Both the position numbers and the translations under genes were made by a program. This document shows positions 9,665 through 17,733 of a DNA stretch of 20,000 nt, in pieces. The notes under the pieces were generated by a model. That model was not told the origin of the DNA. It saw nothing but the letters and a program-made list of their open reading frames with translations, and did no database searches. The DNA comes from an uncultured virus (IMG/VR IMGVR_UViG_3300020183_000052) (Duplodnaviria; Heunggongvirae; Uroviricota; Caudoviricetes), in the IMG/VR virus record IMGVR_UViG_3300020183_000052, positions 55,191-75,190 of that record, one strand, 5' to 3'. Numbering within the stretch: position 1 is the stretch's first letter; every line of letters begins with the position of its first letter.

Positions 9665-9976
9665 ATGATTAAAAAGCTAGCAAAAAAAATTACTTCTCTT
9701 TTGGGTAAAGCTAAAAGAAAAAACGTTAAGTCTGGTCAAGACGTATTTATTAATTCGTTGATTGATAAGATTTCAAATGATGTTAATGAAGTAGCTAAAG
9801 CCGTAGATGAAGCAGTCACTAATGTTTCTGGAGCAGCTGCAAAAGAGGCCAAAAAGGTTGCCAAGGTCGTAGAGACTAAAGTGCCTACTAAGCCAAAAGC
9901 AGATAAACCAAAGACATCTGCAGCAGATTCAGGAGCTCCAAAGAAAAAGGGAAGACCTAAAAAAACAGCTGAATAA
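9665..9976 (+). CDS. Lys/Ala-rich protein with an AT-hook-like tail (103 aa)
   Basis: GAGG RBS before ATG 9665; ends PKKKGRPKK. Confidence 0.75.
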   Translation: MIKKLAKKITSLLGKAKRKNVKSGQDVFINSLIDKISNDVNEVAKAVDEAVTNVSGAAAKEAKKVAKVVETKVPTKPKADKPKTSAADSGAPKKKGRPKKTAE

Positions 9977-9982
9977 TACATT

Positions 9983-10034
9983 GCAAAAATGAAGGTCCTT
10001 TTATTCTGCAAAAGTTTAAGAGGACCTCATTTGC
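9983..10034. other. Imperfect intergenic inverted repeat / hairpin
   Basis: AATGAAGGTCCTTTTA ... TAAGAGGACCTCATT. Confidence 0.6.
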
Positions 10035-10049
10035 GTTACTATGTACCCT

Positions 10050-10175
10050 ATGTCATTTGGTAAATATCGAAAAGTATCAAAAAATAATTGGTCAAATCTT
10101 GAAAATAAAAAATCTAATCCCGAAGAAAATGAATCAGAAAATCAAGAAAAAAACCAACCAGAGCCCGAGGAATAA
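10050..10175 (+). CDS. Small protein (41 aa) with a basic N-terminus and acidic C-terminus; not in the ORF track
   Basis: MSFGKYRKVSK...EPEE; packs 2 nt before the next ATG. Confidence 0.55.
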   Translation: MSFGKYRKVSKNNWSNLENKKSNPEENESENQEKNQPEPEE

Positions 10176-10177
10176 AT

Positions 10178-10327
10178 ATGCCCTTCAAAAAAATGATTAA
10201 AATTGGAGGCTTTAAATATAATACACAACCGAAAATGGGTTCCAGCAATGTTATGTATGGGGTTTTTTTAAATAACGCAAAAAAAACAAAGAAAAAAGGA
10301 AAAAGCAATGGCAAAAAAAGATCCTAG
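10178..10327 (+). CDS. Small basic protein (49 aa); not in the ORF track
   Basis: MPFKKMIKIGGFKY...; GAGGA upstream; overlaps the next gene. Confidence 0.55.
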   Translation: MPFKKMIKIGGFKYNTQPKMGSSNVMYGVFLNNAKKTKKKGKSNGKKRS

Positions 10328-10617
10328 ACTTGCAAGAGCCCGGAGTTTCTGGCTTTAATCAACCCAAAAGAACCCCAAGTCATCCTACAAAATCTCACAT
10401 AGTCGTTGCCAAGTCTGGTGATCAGGTAAAAACAATTAGATTTGGTCAACAAGGCGTAAAAACAAATCAAACAGTTGGCCAAAGAAAAGCTTTTAAGTCT
10501 CGTCACGCAAAAAATATTTCTAAAGGAAAAATGTCTGCCGCGTACTGGGCGGATAGGGTAAAGTGGAGTCCCAGTAAAACACAATCATCTTCTAAAAAAT
10601 GGGTAAAAGGATCATAA
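10308..10617 (+). CDS. Small basic phage protein, about 102 aa when joined across CGGA at 10341
   Basis: AAAGGA RBS, then MAKKDPRLARA-G-VSGFNQPKRTPSHPTKSH...KTIRFGQQG...SAAYWA. The zero frame stops 5 codons after CGG. Confidence 0.8.
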
Positions 10618-10618
10618 T

Positions 10619-10849
10619 ATGGAAGCTGTAATCGTTGCAACAATTGCTTCCGTAGGAGCGGTATTGGTTGCCCTAGTGCAAAAAGGTAGGGCAGAAAACA
10701 AGGTAGATCATAATACAGTCACCGACATGATTGTTGGCGTAAAAGATGATATAATAAGTTTACACTTTAAGATAGATCATGTTGATGATCAGGTGGACAA
10801 AGTCGACGATAAGATTGATATGCATATAAAATCTCATCGAAGAAAATAA
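10619..10849 (+). CDS. Small protein with an N-terminal membrane helix and a coiled coil (holin-like architecture)
   Basis: Hydrophobic residues about 3-21; heptad-like VDD repeats; AAAGGA RBS. Confidence 0.65.
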   Translation: MEAVIVATIASVGAVLVALVQKGRAENKVDHNTVTDMIVGVKDDIISLHFKIDHVDDQVDKVDDKIDMHIKSHRRK

Positions 10850-10876
10850 TACTAGTATTAAAACAAGGAGAAAAAA

Positions 10877-11095
10877 ATGGCAAAGAAAATGTCAAAAGCT
10901 GGCAAGGGCGTATCAGCCCCAGAGCCAACAGTAAGCGCAGGTCAAGCAAAGATGGGTCAGAGACCTATTAAAGATAGCAAGGGCAAAAAAATTGAAACAA
11001 AAGGCGCTACTGCAGCAAAAAACTCAGTTTCGTCTGGTCAGATGAAAATGGCCAAGAGACCAATCAAAAATTCAAAAGGTAAGGTTATTGGCTGA
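10877..11095 (+). CDS. Small basic protein with an internal 21-aa duplication
   Basis: AAGGAG RBS; VSAGQAKMGQRPIKDSKGKKI / VSSGQMKMAKRPIKNSKGKVI. Confidence 0.8.
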   Translation: MAKKMSKAGKGVSAPEPTVSAGQAKMGQRPIKDSKGKKIETKGATAAKNSVSSGQMKMAKRPIKNSKGKVIG

Positions 11096-11123
11096 TAACT
11101 GAGTAAATTATACTCAAAAACAG

Positions 11124-11164
11124 AATCGGGGATGGTACTATATATGTGTATCGTCCCCGATTTT
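11124..11164 (+). terminator. 15-bp hairpin ending in a short T tract, terminator-like
   Basis: AATCGGGGATGGTAC-9 nt-GTATCGTCCCCGATT with two G-U pairs. Confidence 0.6.
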
Positions 11165-11185
11165 CAATTACAAAGGAAGATAAAA

Positions 11186-11329
11186 ATGGCATATGACAAA
11201 AAAAATAACAAAGCAATGACCGGCAAAAAGGCAGCCCCTGCAAAAAATGGATCAGGCTTAACAGCAAAGCAAAAGAAACTACCTCCTTTTATTCAGAAAG
11301 CAATTCTTGCCAAGAAAAAAGGAAAGTAA
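11186..11329 (+). CDS. Small basic protein (47 aa)
   Basis: AAAGGA RBS; LTAKQKKLPPFIQKAIL. Confidence 0.75.
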   Translation: MAYDKKNNKAMTGKKAAPAKNGSGLTAKQKKLPPFIQKAILAKKKGK

Positions 11330-11330
11330 T

Positions 11331-11540
11331 ATGGTCTCAAAAAAGAATCCAGACAAAAAATGGATTCAACGTGCGATAAAAAGACCTGGTGCCTTTACCG
11401 CTAAAGCAAAAAGGGCTGGCAAGTCAGTTGCTGGGATGGTATCTGCTGTGACTAAAAATCCAGAAAAGTATAGCAAACTTACTGTTCAGCAAGCAAACCT
11501 TGCAAAAACTCTTAGGAAGATTAACAAAAAAGGTAAATAA
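11331..11540 (+). CDS. Small basic protein (69 aa)
   Basis: KWIQRAIKRPGAFTAKAK...ANLAKTLRK; 1-nt gap after the previous stop. Confidence 0.75.
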   Translation: MVSKKNPDKKWIQRAIKRPGAFTAKAKRAGKSVAGMVSAVTKNPEKYSKLTVQQANLAKTLRKINKKGK

Positions 11541-11541
11541 A

Positions 11542-11715
11542 ATGGCTAGAAAAAAAAGTAAAACTTCAGTTTACAACAACGCAGGCAAAACCGTAGATGC
11601 CAGCATCGATGGAACAAGGTCAGTACCAAAAATGAAAAAGAGTATGTACGGAAAAGCAGACTCAAAAACTTTTTCTACAAAGACTAAGGGATTAAAAAAT
11701 GGCAAAAGTAAATAA
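11542..11715 (+). CDS. Small basic protein (57 aa)
   Basis: AAAGGT RBS; 1-nt gap after the previous stop. Confidence 0.65.
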   Translation: MARKKSKTSVYNNAGKTVDASIDGTRSVPKMKKSMYGKADSKTFSTKTKGLKNGKSK

Positions 11716-11878
11716 ACCAACAAAACCGGGACTTTGGTCTTCGGCAAAATCGCAGGCTAAAGCTAAGTTTGATGTCTATCCTTCAGCTTATGCGAATGCC
11801 TGGGCAGCAAAAAAATATAAGTCAATGGGTGGTGGATGGAGAACTGTCTCAACCAAGAAAGCAAAGAAGAGCAAGTAA
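11699..11878 (+). CDS. Small basic protein (59 aa); not in the ORF track
   Basis: MAKVNKPTKPGLW...KFDVYPSAYANAWAAKKYKSMGGGW; the stop abuts the next ATG. Confidence 0.8.
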   Translation: MAKVNKPTKPGLWSSAKSQAKAKFDVYPSAYANAWAAKKYKSMGGGWRTVSTKKAKKSK

Positions 11879-12166
11879 ATGCCAGGTCCTAAAGGCGTTG
11901 GATTAACTAAGTGGTTTGACCAAAAATGGGTTAATATTGGCGCGCCCAAGAAAAAGGGAAAGTTTCGACCCTGCGGAACTTCAGGGGCTGGAGGATCTGG
12001 GTACGCTAAATGTGTTCCTGTGGCTAAGGCAAGATCAATGAGCGCAGGACAAAGAAAAAGCGCAGTTCAAAGAAAGAGGGCGTCCGGCACCCCAATAAAA
12101 GGGGTGAAAGGTCAGGCGCCAAAAAACGTTGCTACCTATGCAAAGGGTTTAAAAAAGAAAAAATAA
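11879..12166 (+). CDS. Small basic protein (95 aa)
   Basis: GLTKWFDQKWVNI...CG...YAKCVP...RKR. Confidence 0.8.
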   Translation: MPGPKGVGLTKWFDQKWVNIGAPKKKGKFRPCGTSGAGGSGYAKCVPVAKARSMSAGQRKSAVQRKRASGTPIKGVKGQAPKNVATYAKGLKKKK

Positions 12167-12168
12167 TT

Positions 12169-12387
12169 ATGAGTAGCAATAACCTAGAAGCTTTTAGCGG
12201 GTTTATGCCTATGATTTCTCAAATAAGCTTGACTAGTGAAAACACAATGCTGGACACAGAAGGGCAAATAGTTAAGGCTCATGAATTTAAGATTACTACT
12301 AGAGATAACAAAGAACATATCTTTAGCATTGAAAATATAGATCTTATGAGACTTTATTTTTTAATAATGAAAATTAATAATTCTTAA
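12169..12387 (+). CDS. Hypothetical protein (72 aa)
   Basis: Tight packing with neighbours. Confidence 0.65.
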   Translation: MSSNNLEAFSGFMPMISQISLTSENTMLDTEGQIVKAHEFKITTRDNKEHIFSIENIDLMRLYFLIMKINNS

Positions 12388-12396
12388 GGAGAAATT

Positions 12397-12637
12397 ATGT
12401 TACCAAGTAGAGAAGTTCGAGAAGCAGCTGAATCTATTGCAAGAAGCCAAAGGCGTGGAAGGGTAATACTTGGTGGTGGCTTAGCTGCCCTTGGGACAGG
12501 TACTATGATTCATGAGGCTAACAGAACCGGGATGACGGGTCCACCCACTCCAATGATGATAGCGGGTTCAATTGCAGCTGCGGGAGGATATAGCAAACTA
12601 GCTAGGCGGATTGTATAGGGGAAGGGAATTTCTCTGA
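12397..12637 (+). CDS. Small Gly/Ala-rich, possibly membrane protein; ends at 12618 in the zero frame, or at 12637 if CGGA 12607 is recoded
   Basis: AAGGAG RBS; two hydrophobic Gly-rich stretches; in-frame CGG-A at 12607. Confidence 0.6.
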
Positions 12638-12708
12638 GCGGATTTTTTTAATTTGAATACCCGGTATGCGCCTGCAACAACTCTAGATAATAACGCATGC
12701 TCCGCAGT

Positions 12709-12737
12709 TTGCAGGTAAAAGATAAAACCGATATAAT
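12709..12737 (+). promoter_or_regulatory. Sigma70-type promoter for the glycosylation cluster
   Basis: TTGCAG-17 nt-TATAAT. Confidence 0.65.
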
Positions 12738-12766
12738 ATATCCTTGAATCTACAGTAGGGATATAT

Positions 12767-13006
12767 ATGACAGAACAGATGTGGACATGGCTATTGTTTG
12801 CCATGGAACTAATTGGTGTTGGCGGAAGCTATCTAGTTGGAAACAAGAAATGGTATGGCCATCTCATAGTCGCTCTTCATTCGTTTCCTTGGCTAATATA
12901 CTCACTTATTTTTAATAAACCAGGATTTTTTGCCATGTGGATACTGTGGCAATGTGTTCACTGGAGAAACATGGTTAAGTGGAGGAGCAATGGGCAAAGA
13001 GATTAA
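12767..13006 (+). CDS. Small three-helix membrane protein (PnuC/SemiSWEET-like size and pattern)
   Basis: Three Trp-rich hydrophobic segments. Confidence 0.6.
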   Translation: MTEQMWTWLLFAMELIGVGGSYLVGNKKWYGHLIVALHSFPWLIYSLIFNKPGFFAMWILWQCVHWRNMVKWRSNGQRD

Positions 13007-13727
13007 AGTTTCGGTTATATTAACTAGTTATAATAATCCGAAATATTTAATGCGAGCTATAAAATCAGTTCTTGCTCAAACATATGAAAATATTGAGCTG
13101 ATAATAGCTGACGACAATTCTTCCGATGAAGAAGTCTACAAAATAATTCGTCTATATTTAGACAATCCAAAAGTAAAATATTACAACTCTCAGGTAGCAA
13201 AAGAAAATAGACTTAAGACGGCACGTTACGCAACGCAAATTAACACCGCTGTAAAATACATATCTACAGGCACTCATCTCCTGTATTTAGCTGATGATGA
13301 TTATTATTATCCACAAATGATAGAAAAAATGGTTGAGTTTGTTGAAAGAACAAATCATGATGTATGCTTTTGTGCACAGCATGTGCGAGATGTTGATGAC
13401 AACATAGATGGTGGCGGTATTGATGGTCGTGGTGTCAGATGGTTTCAAGAAGTTCTAATACGTGGTGCAGACAAGTTAGATCATAATCAGGTGATGACAT
13501 CTCGTCACGCATATGATCAAGTTGATGGATGGGAAGACGCCGCCTGGTGTTGGGCAGGAGCTGACGCAGCTTTTTTTGATAGGCTACAAAGAGCAGGGTA
13601 TATGTTCTATCCAATTGATTTTACAGAACCACTCCAAGCAAAAATGTACAGAGAAAACTCAGTACAGTGGAACATGGCAAATAATCTAGATCCGATTGGA
13701 GGGCAATTAGCAAATGAGCAGTGTTAA
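12990..13727 (+). CDS. Glycosyltransferase family 2
   Basis: VSVILTSYN, SVLAQTY, IIADDNSSD, YLADDD; GGAGGAG RBS before ATG 12990. Confidence 0.9.
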   Translation: MGKEIKVSVILTSYNNPKYLMRAIKSVLAQTYENIELIIADDNSSDEEVYKIIRLYLDNPKVKYYNSQVAKENRLKTARYATQINTAVKYISTGTHLLYLADDDYYYPQMIEKMVEFVERTNHDVCFCAQHVRDVDDNIDGGGIDGRGVRWFQEVLIRGADKLDHNQVMTSRHAYDQVDGWEDAAWCWAGADAAFFDRLQRAGYMFYPIDFTEPLQAKMYRENSVQWNMANNLDPIGGQLANEQC

Positions 13728-14601
13728 TTTTTGGGCTGTTGGCATGGCGAGAGATGAAGGTGACATTATTGATCACACCATGTATCACTTTGCAGCTAAT
13801 GGAGCAGCTGGAATTATAGTTGCAGACAATCTATCTAAAGATGATACAAGAGAAAGAATGGAAGAAGCTAAAGAGAATATAGCTAAATTTAATCCAGAGA
13901 TTAAAGTTATTATTTTAGAAGATAATATAGTTCAATACACTCAGTCTCAAAAAATGACCAACTTAGCTGCTATGGCTCGTGAAAATGGAGCCAAATGGAT
14001 TGTTCCTTTTGATATTGATGAGATCTGGCATTCGTCAAAAGGAACTTTGCAGGAAGCGTTTGAGGAATTAGATAGTCAAGAATATGACGCATATAGGGTT
14101 TTGTATACCAATCATTCTATTACAGAGTTTGATGAGCCAGGATTATCTCCTTTTCATTCCATAAAATATAAATGGAACCTTCCAACTAACCACAAGTGTT
14201 GTTTTAGGTTTAGGCCATCAGACAAATCTGTATCAATTTCTAATGGAAACCATTTGGTTCAGTACAATGGGTGGAACTATATGTCAAATATTAATATAGC
14301 TATTGATGATTATGGTCATGATAAAATTATATTTGGCCCACAATTACTAGCAATTAGACATTTTCAATGGAGATCTCTGGATCATTTTATGAAAAAAATT
14401 CTCAATGCCTACGAAGCCTGTAAAGCTTTAGGTCCTGGGGCAGATCTATACAGCGGTGCAGCATGGGCTGAACACTTTAATATCTACGAAGCTGATGGAT
14501 TAGATGGATTAGTACAGTATTTTGACAACAATATTTTAGTAACTCAAGACACTGGATCTTTAATCTATGATCCAGCCCCAATCATGGAGTTACCAGCATG
14601 A
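13714..14601 (+). CDS. GT-A fold glycosyltransferase (GT2-like)
   Basis: MARDEGDII, ADNLSKDDT, WIVPFDIDE, GNH, RHFQWRS. Confidence 0.85.
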   Translation: MSSVNFWAVGMARDEGDIIDHTMYHFAANGAAGIIVADNLSKDDTRERMEEAKENIAKFNPEIKVIILEDNIVQYTQSQKMTNLAAMARENGAKWIVPFDIDEIWHSSKGTLQEAFEELDSQEYDAYRVLYTNHSITEFDEPGLSPFHSIKYKWNLPTNHKCCFRFRPSDKSVSISNGNHLVQYNGWNYMSNINIAIDDYGHDKIIFGPQLLAIRHFQWRSLDHFMKKILNAYEACKALGPGADLYSGAAWAEHFNIYEADGLDGLVQYFDNNILVTQDTGSLIYDPAPIMELPA

Positions 14602-15254
14602 ATAAAGTATCATTAGTGGTTATTACAGATGGAAGACAGTCATGCATAGAGCAAACCATAGATAGGTTTGAGGATGTTATTAATTATTCTTTTTGTGAAA
14701 GAGTAATAATAAATGACTCTGGCGATATAAGATATCATAATTTTTTAACAAACGCTTTTCCAATGTTTAAAATTATTTCACACGAGCAAAGAAGAGGATT
14801 GGCTGGTGCAGTACAGTCAGTTTGGAGTTCTATTGGTGAAGAGTCTGAATATGTCTTTCATCTAGAAGACGATTTTATTGTCAAAAGAAAATTTGATATA
14901 GATCATATGATTTTCTTACTGAAAAACAATTTGCACTTAATACAAATGGCTTTAGTTAGGGACCCTGTTAATCCACCAGAAGAAGAAGTTGGTGGATTTG
15001 TATTTCAGCACAAAGAATCTTATGAGCAAAAAGGTGATTTTTTTGAACATGGTAGACTGTTTACTTTAAACCCATGTGTGTATCCAATCTCTACTACACG
15101 AATTGGTTGGCCAGACCATGGTGGGGAATCTGAGTTTACACAAAAAGTTCATTCAATAAACAAGCAACTAAGATTTGGTTATTACGGAAACATGTATGAT
15201 GAACCACTTGTTACACACATAGGCGGCAGAAGAAGTGAGGGTTGGTTTTTATAA
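14598..15254 (+). CDS. GT-A fold glycosyltransferase (GT2-like)
   Basis: IINDSG, YVFHLEDDF, FTLNP, HIG. Confidence 0.8.
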   Translation: MNKVSLVVITDGRQSCIEQTIDRFEDVINYSFCERVIINDSGDIRYHNFLTNAFPMFKIISHEQRRGLAGAVQSVWSSIGEESEYVFHLEDDFIVKRKFDIDHMIFLLKNNLHLIQMALVRDPVNPPEEEVGGFVFQHKESYEQKGDFFEHGRLFTLNPCVYPISTTRIGWPDHGGESEFTQKVHSINKQLRFGYYGNMYDEPLVTHIGGRRSEGWFL

Positions 15255-15923
15255 ATGTTTATAATCCCATGTAAATTTGATAAAAACTACCCAATAGTTT
15301 TTCAATGTATTGAATCAATAATAAAATTTCATCCAAATGAAAAAATTGTTTTAGTAGATTCTTCTTCATCTGATAAAAGTTATTTTAAGGACATAGATTC
15401 ATCTGTACAAATATTTGATGTAGATAATAAAAACTATGCTTTAGAAGCATATAATATAGGATACAATAACAATCCGCATGAAGATTTTTATTTTTGTATT
15501 CATGATTCATTAGTTCTTAATGGGAATATAGATTTTGTAAAAAACAATGATCTAACTACAATTAGATGGTGGGATTCTCCTCCGACCCCTATGGGCAGAG
15601 ATGAAAATGATCAAGACTTAAGTGTCTGGGCAGATGAACAACTTAAAAAACATATGGGCTTTGAACTACCCCACTATTACAAGGGCGTTTTTGGTCCAAT
15701 GATGCTGGCCTCCAATAAAACAATGCAAGACCTCACTCAATCTGGGCTATTCAATATTCTTCCAATTAATAAATTTCAGTCCTGTGCAACAGAAAGATTG
15801 CTTGGCATAGCCCTTGGAAGATTGGGTTATGACGTAACAAATTCTCTTCAAGGTCCTATGAGTGATTTTTATGGTTTATATGATGAAAAATATGTTAAAA
15901 AGAACTATCTATTAAGAATGTAG
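15255..15923 (+). CDS. Putative GT-A fold glycosyltransferase
   Basis: CIESI, IVLVDSSS, FCIHDS, ATERLLG; cluster context. Confidence 0.6.
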   Translation: MFIIPCKFDKNYPIVFQCIESIIKFHPNEKIVLVDSSSSDKSYFKDIDSSVQIFDVDNKNYALEAYNIGYNNNPHEDFYFCIHDSLVLNGNIDFVKNNDLTTIRWWDSPPTPMGRDENDQDLSVWADEQLKKHMGFELPHYYKGVFGPMMLASNKTMQDLTQSGLFNILPINKFQSCATERLLGIALGRLGYDVTNSLQGPMSDFYGLYDEKYVKKNYLLRM

Positions 15924-15928
15924 GGTTT

Positions 15929-17299
15929 ATGAATAATTTAGTTATTTTTGATTTAGATGGAGTTTTATTAGACAGTAGGGAAGTTCATTACGAGGCATTG
16001 AATAATGCGCTTGAATTTTTTGGAAAACAATATATAATTTCTAGAGAAGAACATTTAAGCATATATGATGGTTTACCAACTACAAAAAAATTAAATACAT
16101 TATCTGAAAATAAAAATCTTCCTACAAATCTTCATAATGAAGTTTGGAAAAAAAAACAAGAAGAAACTTTATTTATTTTCAATAAGCTTTTAAGAGATGA
16201 AGAACTAATATCATTTTTTAAAAAACTTAAATTTAATTCATTCAAGATTGCAGTTGCATCTAATAGCGTAAGAGATACTGTAAAATTAGTACTAATACGA
16301 CTTGGACTAATTGAATATATAGACTACTTTGTAAGTAATGATGATGTAAAAAGAACAAAACCATTTCCAGAAATGTATTGGACATGCATGACTGCTTGCA
16401 ACGCACTGCCAAGCACTACGGTAATCGTAGAGGATAGTCACATTGGCAGACAAGGAGCATTAGACAGTGGATCAACTCTTGTTGCAGTAGAGAATAGAAA
16501 TGATTTAAATATTCAAAAAATTGATAAGATAATTAATATTTTATCTAAAAAACAAAATAAAAACATACCATGGAAATCGGAAAGTATGAACGTATTAATA
16601 CCTATGGCTGGTGCTGGTAGCAGATTTGAAGCAGTTGGATATACTTTCCCCAAACCGTTAATTGAAGTAAGCGGAAAACCTATGATTCAAGTAGTCGTAG
16701 AAAATTTAAATATAGAAGCAAATTATATATTTATCGTTCAAAAAGAACATTATGAAAAATATAATTTACAATACTTATTAAATTTAATAGCCCCTAGATG
16801 CAGTATTATTCAAGTTGACTCCTTAACTGAAGGAGCTGCTTGCACTACCCTGTTAGCCAAGAAATTGATAGATAATGATTCTCCATTAATTATGGCAAAC
16901 TCGGATCAATTTATTGAATGGAATAGCAATGAGGCATTATATGCTTTTAGTGCGGATGGGATTGACGGCGGAATACTTACTTTTGAGGCAACTCATCCTA
17001 AATGGTCATATGCAAAATTGGATGATGATGGTTTTGTTGCAGAAGTTGCAGAGAAAAAACCTATAAGTAACTTAGCTACTGTAGGTATTTACTTCTGGAA
17101 AAAGGGTTCAGATTATGTAAAATATGCAGAACAAATGATAGCTAAAGACATTAGGACAAATGGAGAATTTTATGTATGTCCAGTTTTTAATGAAGCTATA
17201 CAAGATAATAAAAAAATTAGAGTTAAAAATATAGAAAAAATGTGGGGCATAGGTACTCCAGAGGATCTTAATTACTTTTTGGAGAATTATCAAAAATGA
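15929..17299 (+). CDS. Fusion of a HAD-family phosphatase and a sugar-phosphate nucleotidyltransferase-like domain
   Basis: FDLDGVL, ASNS, KPFPE, VEDS (HAD motifs I-IV); IPMAGAGSRF...PKPLI, EKKPIS, GEFYV, GTPEDL. Confidence 0.9.
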   Translation: MNNLVIFDLDGVLLDSREVHYEALNNALEFFGKQYIISREEHLSIYDGLPTTKKLNTLSENKNLPTNLHNEVWKKKQEETLFIFNKLLRDEELISFFKKLKFNSFKIAVASNSVRDTVKLVLIRLGLIEYIDYFVSNDDVKRTKPFPEMYWTCMTACNALPSTTVIVEDSHIGRQGALDSGSTLVAVENRNDLNIQKIDKIINILSKKQNKNIPWKSESMNVLIPMAGAGSRFEAVGYTFPKPLIEVSGKPMIQVVVENLNIEANYIFIVQKEHYEKYNLQYLLNLIAPRCSIIQVDSLTEGAACTTLLAKKLIDNDSPLIMANSDQFIEWNSNEALYAFSADGIDGGILTFEATHPKWSYAKLDDDGFVAEVAEKKPISNLATVGIYFWKKGSDYVKYAEQMIAKDIRTNGEFYVCPVFNEAIQDNKKIRVKNIEKMWGIGTPEDLNYFLENYQK

Positions 17300-17733
17300 A
17301 ACTTATTGCACACAGAGGTAACTTTGAGGGTATAAAAAAAGAACTAGAAAATAAACCTGAGTATATAAATATAGCCTTAAATAATGGCTATGATGTAGAA
17401 ATAGACGTAAGGTATGTTAATGGTTTATGGTATTTAGGTCATGATGAGCCACAATATAAAGTTGATATAATAGATTATCTAGATAAAAGATGCTGGCTAC
17501 ACTGTAAAAATCCAAAAGCTTTTGAAAAATTATTTAATGATTATAACACTGCAAACTTTTTTTGGCATCAAACAGATGCGTATACTATGACATCATCTGG
17601 ATTAATTTGGGCTTTTCCTGGATCAAAAAGATTAGATAATAGTGTTGTTTTATTTCCAAAAAATTCAGAAGAAATCTTTAATGTTTATGGCGTGTGCGAC
17701 AATGATTTTTCAGAAATAAAAACATGGATTTAA
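17296..17733 (+). CDS. Short glycerophosphodiester phosphodiesterase / PLC-like protein
   Basis: LIAHRGN, EN, DVEIDV, LGHD, LHCKN. Confidence 0.8.
   Translation: MKLIAHRGNFEGIKKELENKPEYINIALNNGYDVEIDVRYVNGLWYLGHDEPQYKVDIIDYLDKRCWLHCKNPKAFEKLFNDYNTANFFWHQTDAYTMTSSGLIWAFPGSKRLDNSVVLFPKNSEEIFNVYGVCDNDFSEIKTWI

Noticed and set aside
5491..10344. Homopolymer sequencing error as the explanation for all breaks
   Set aside because: It could explain the CC/CCC contexts at 5494, 6592 and 10341, but not GTT-C, CTA-C, CTG-C or AGG-C, and the many long A/T runs show no frameshifts. A motif-specific error remains possible and needs reads.
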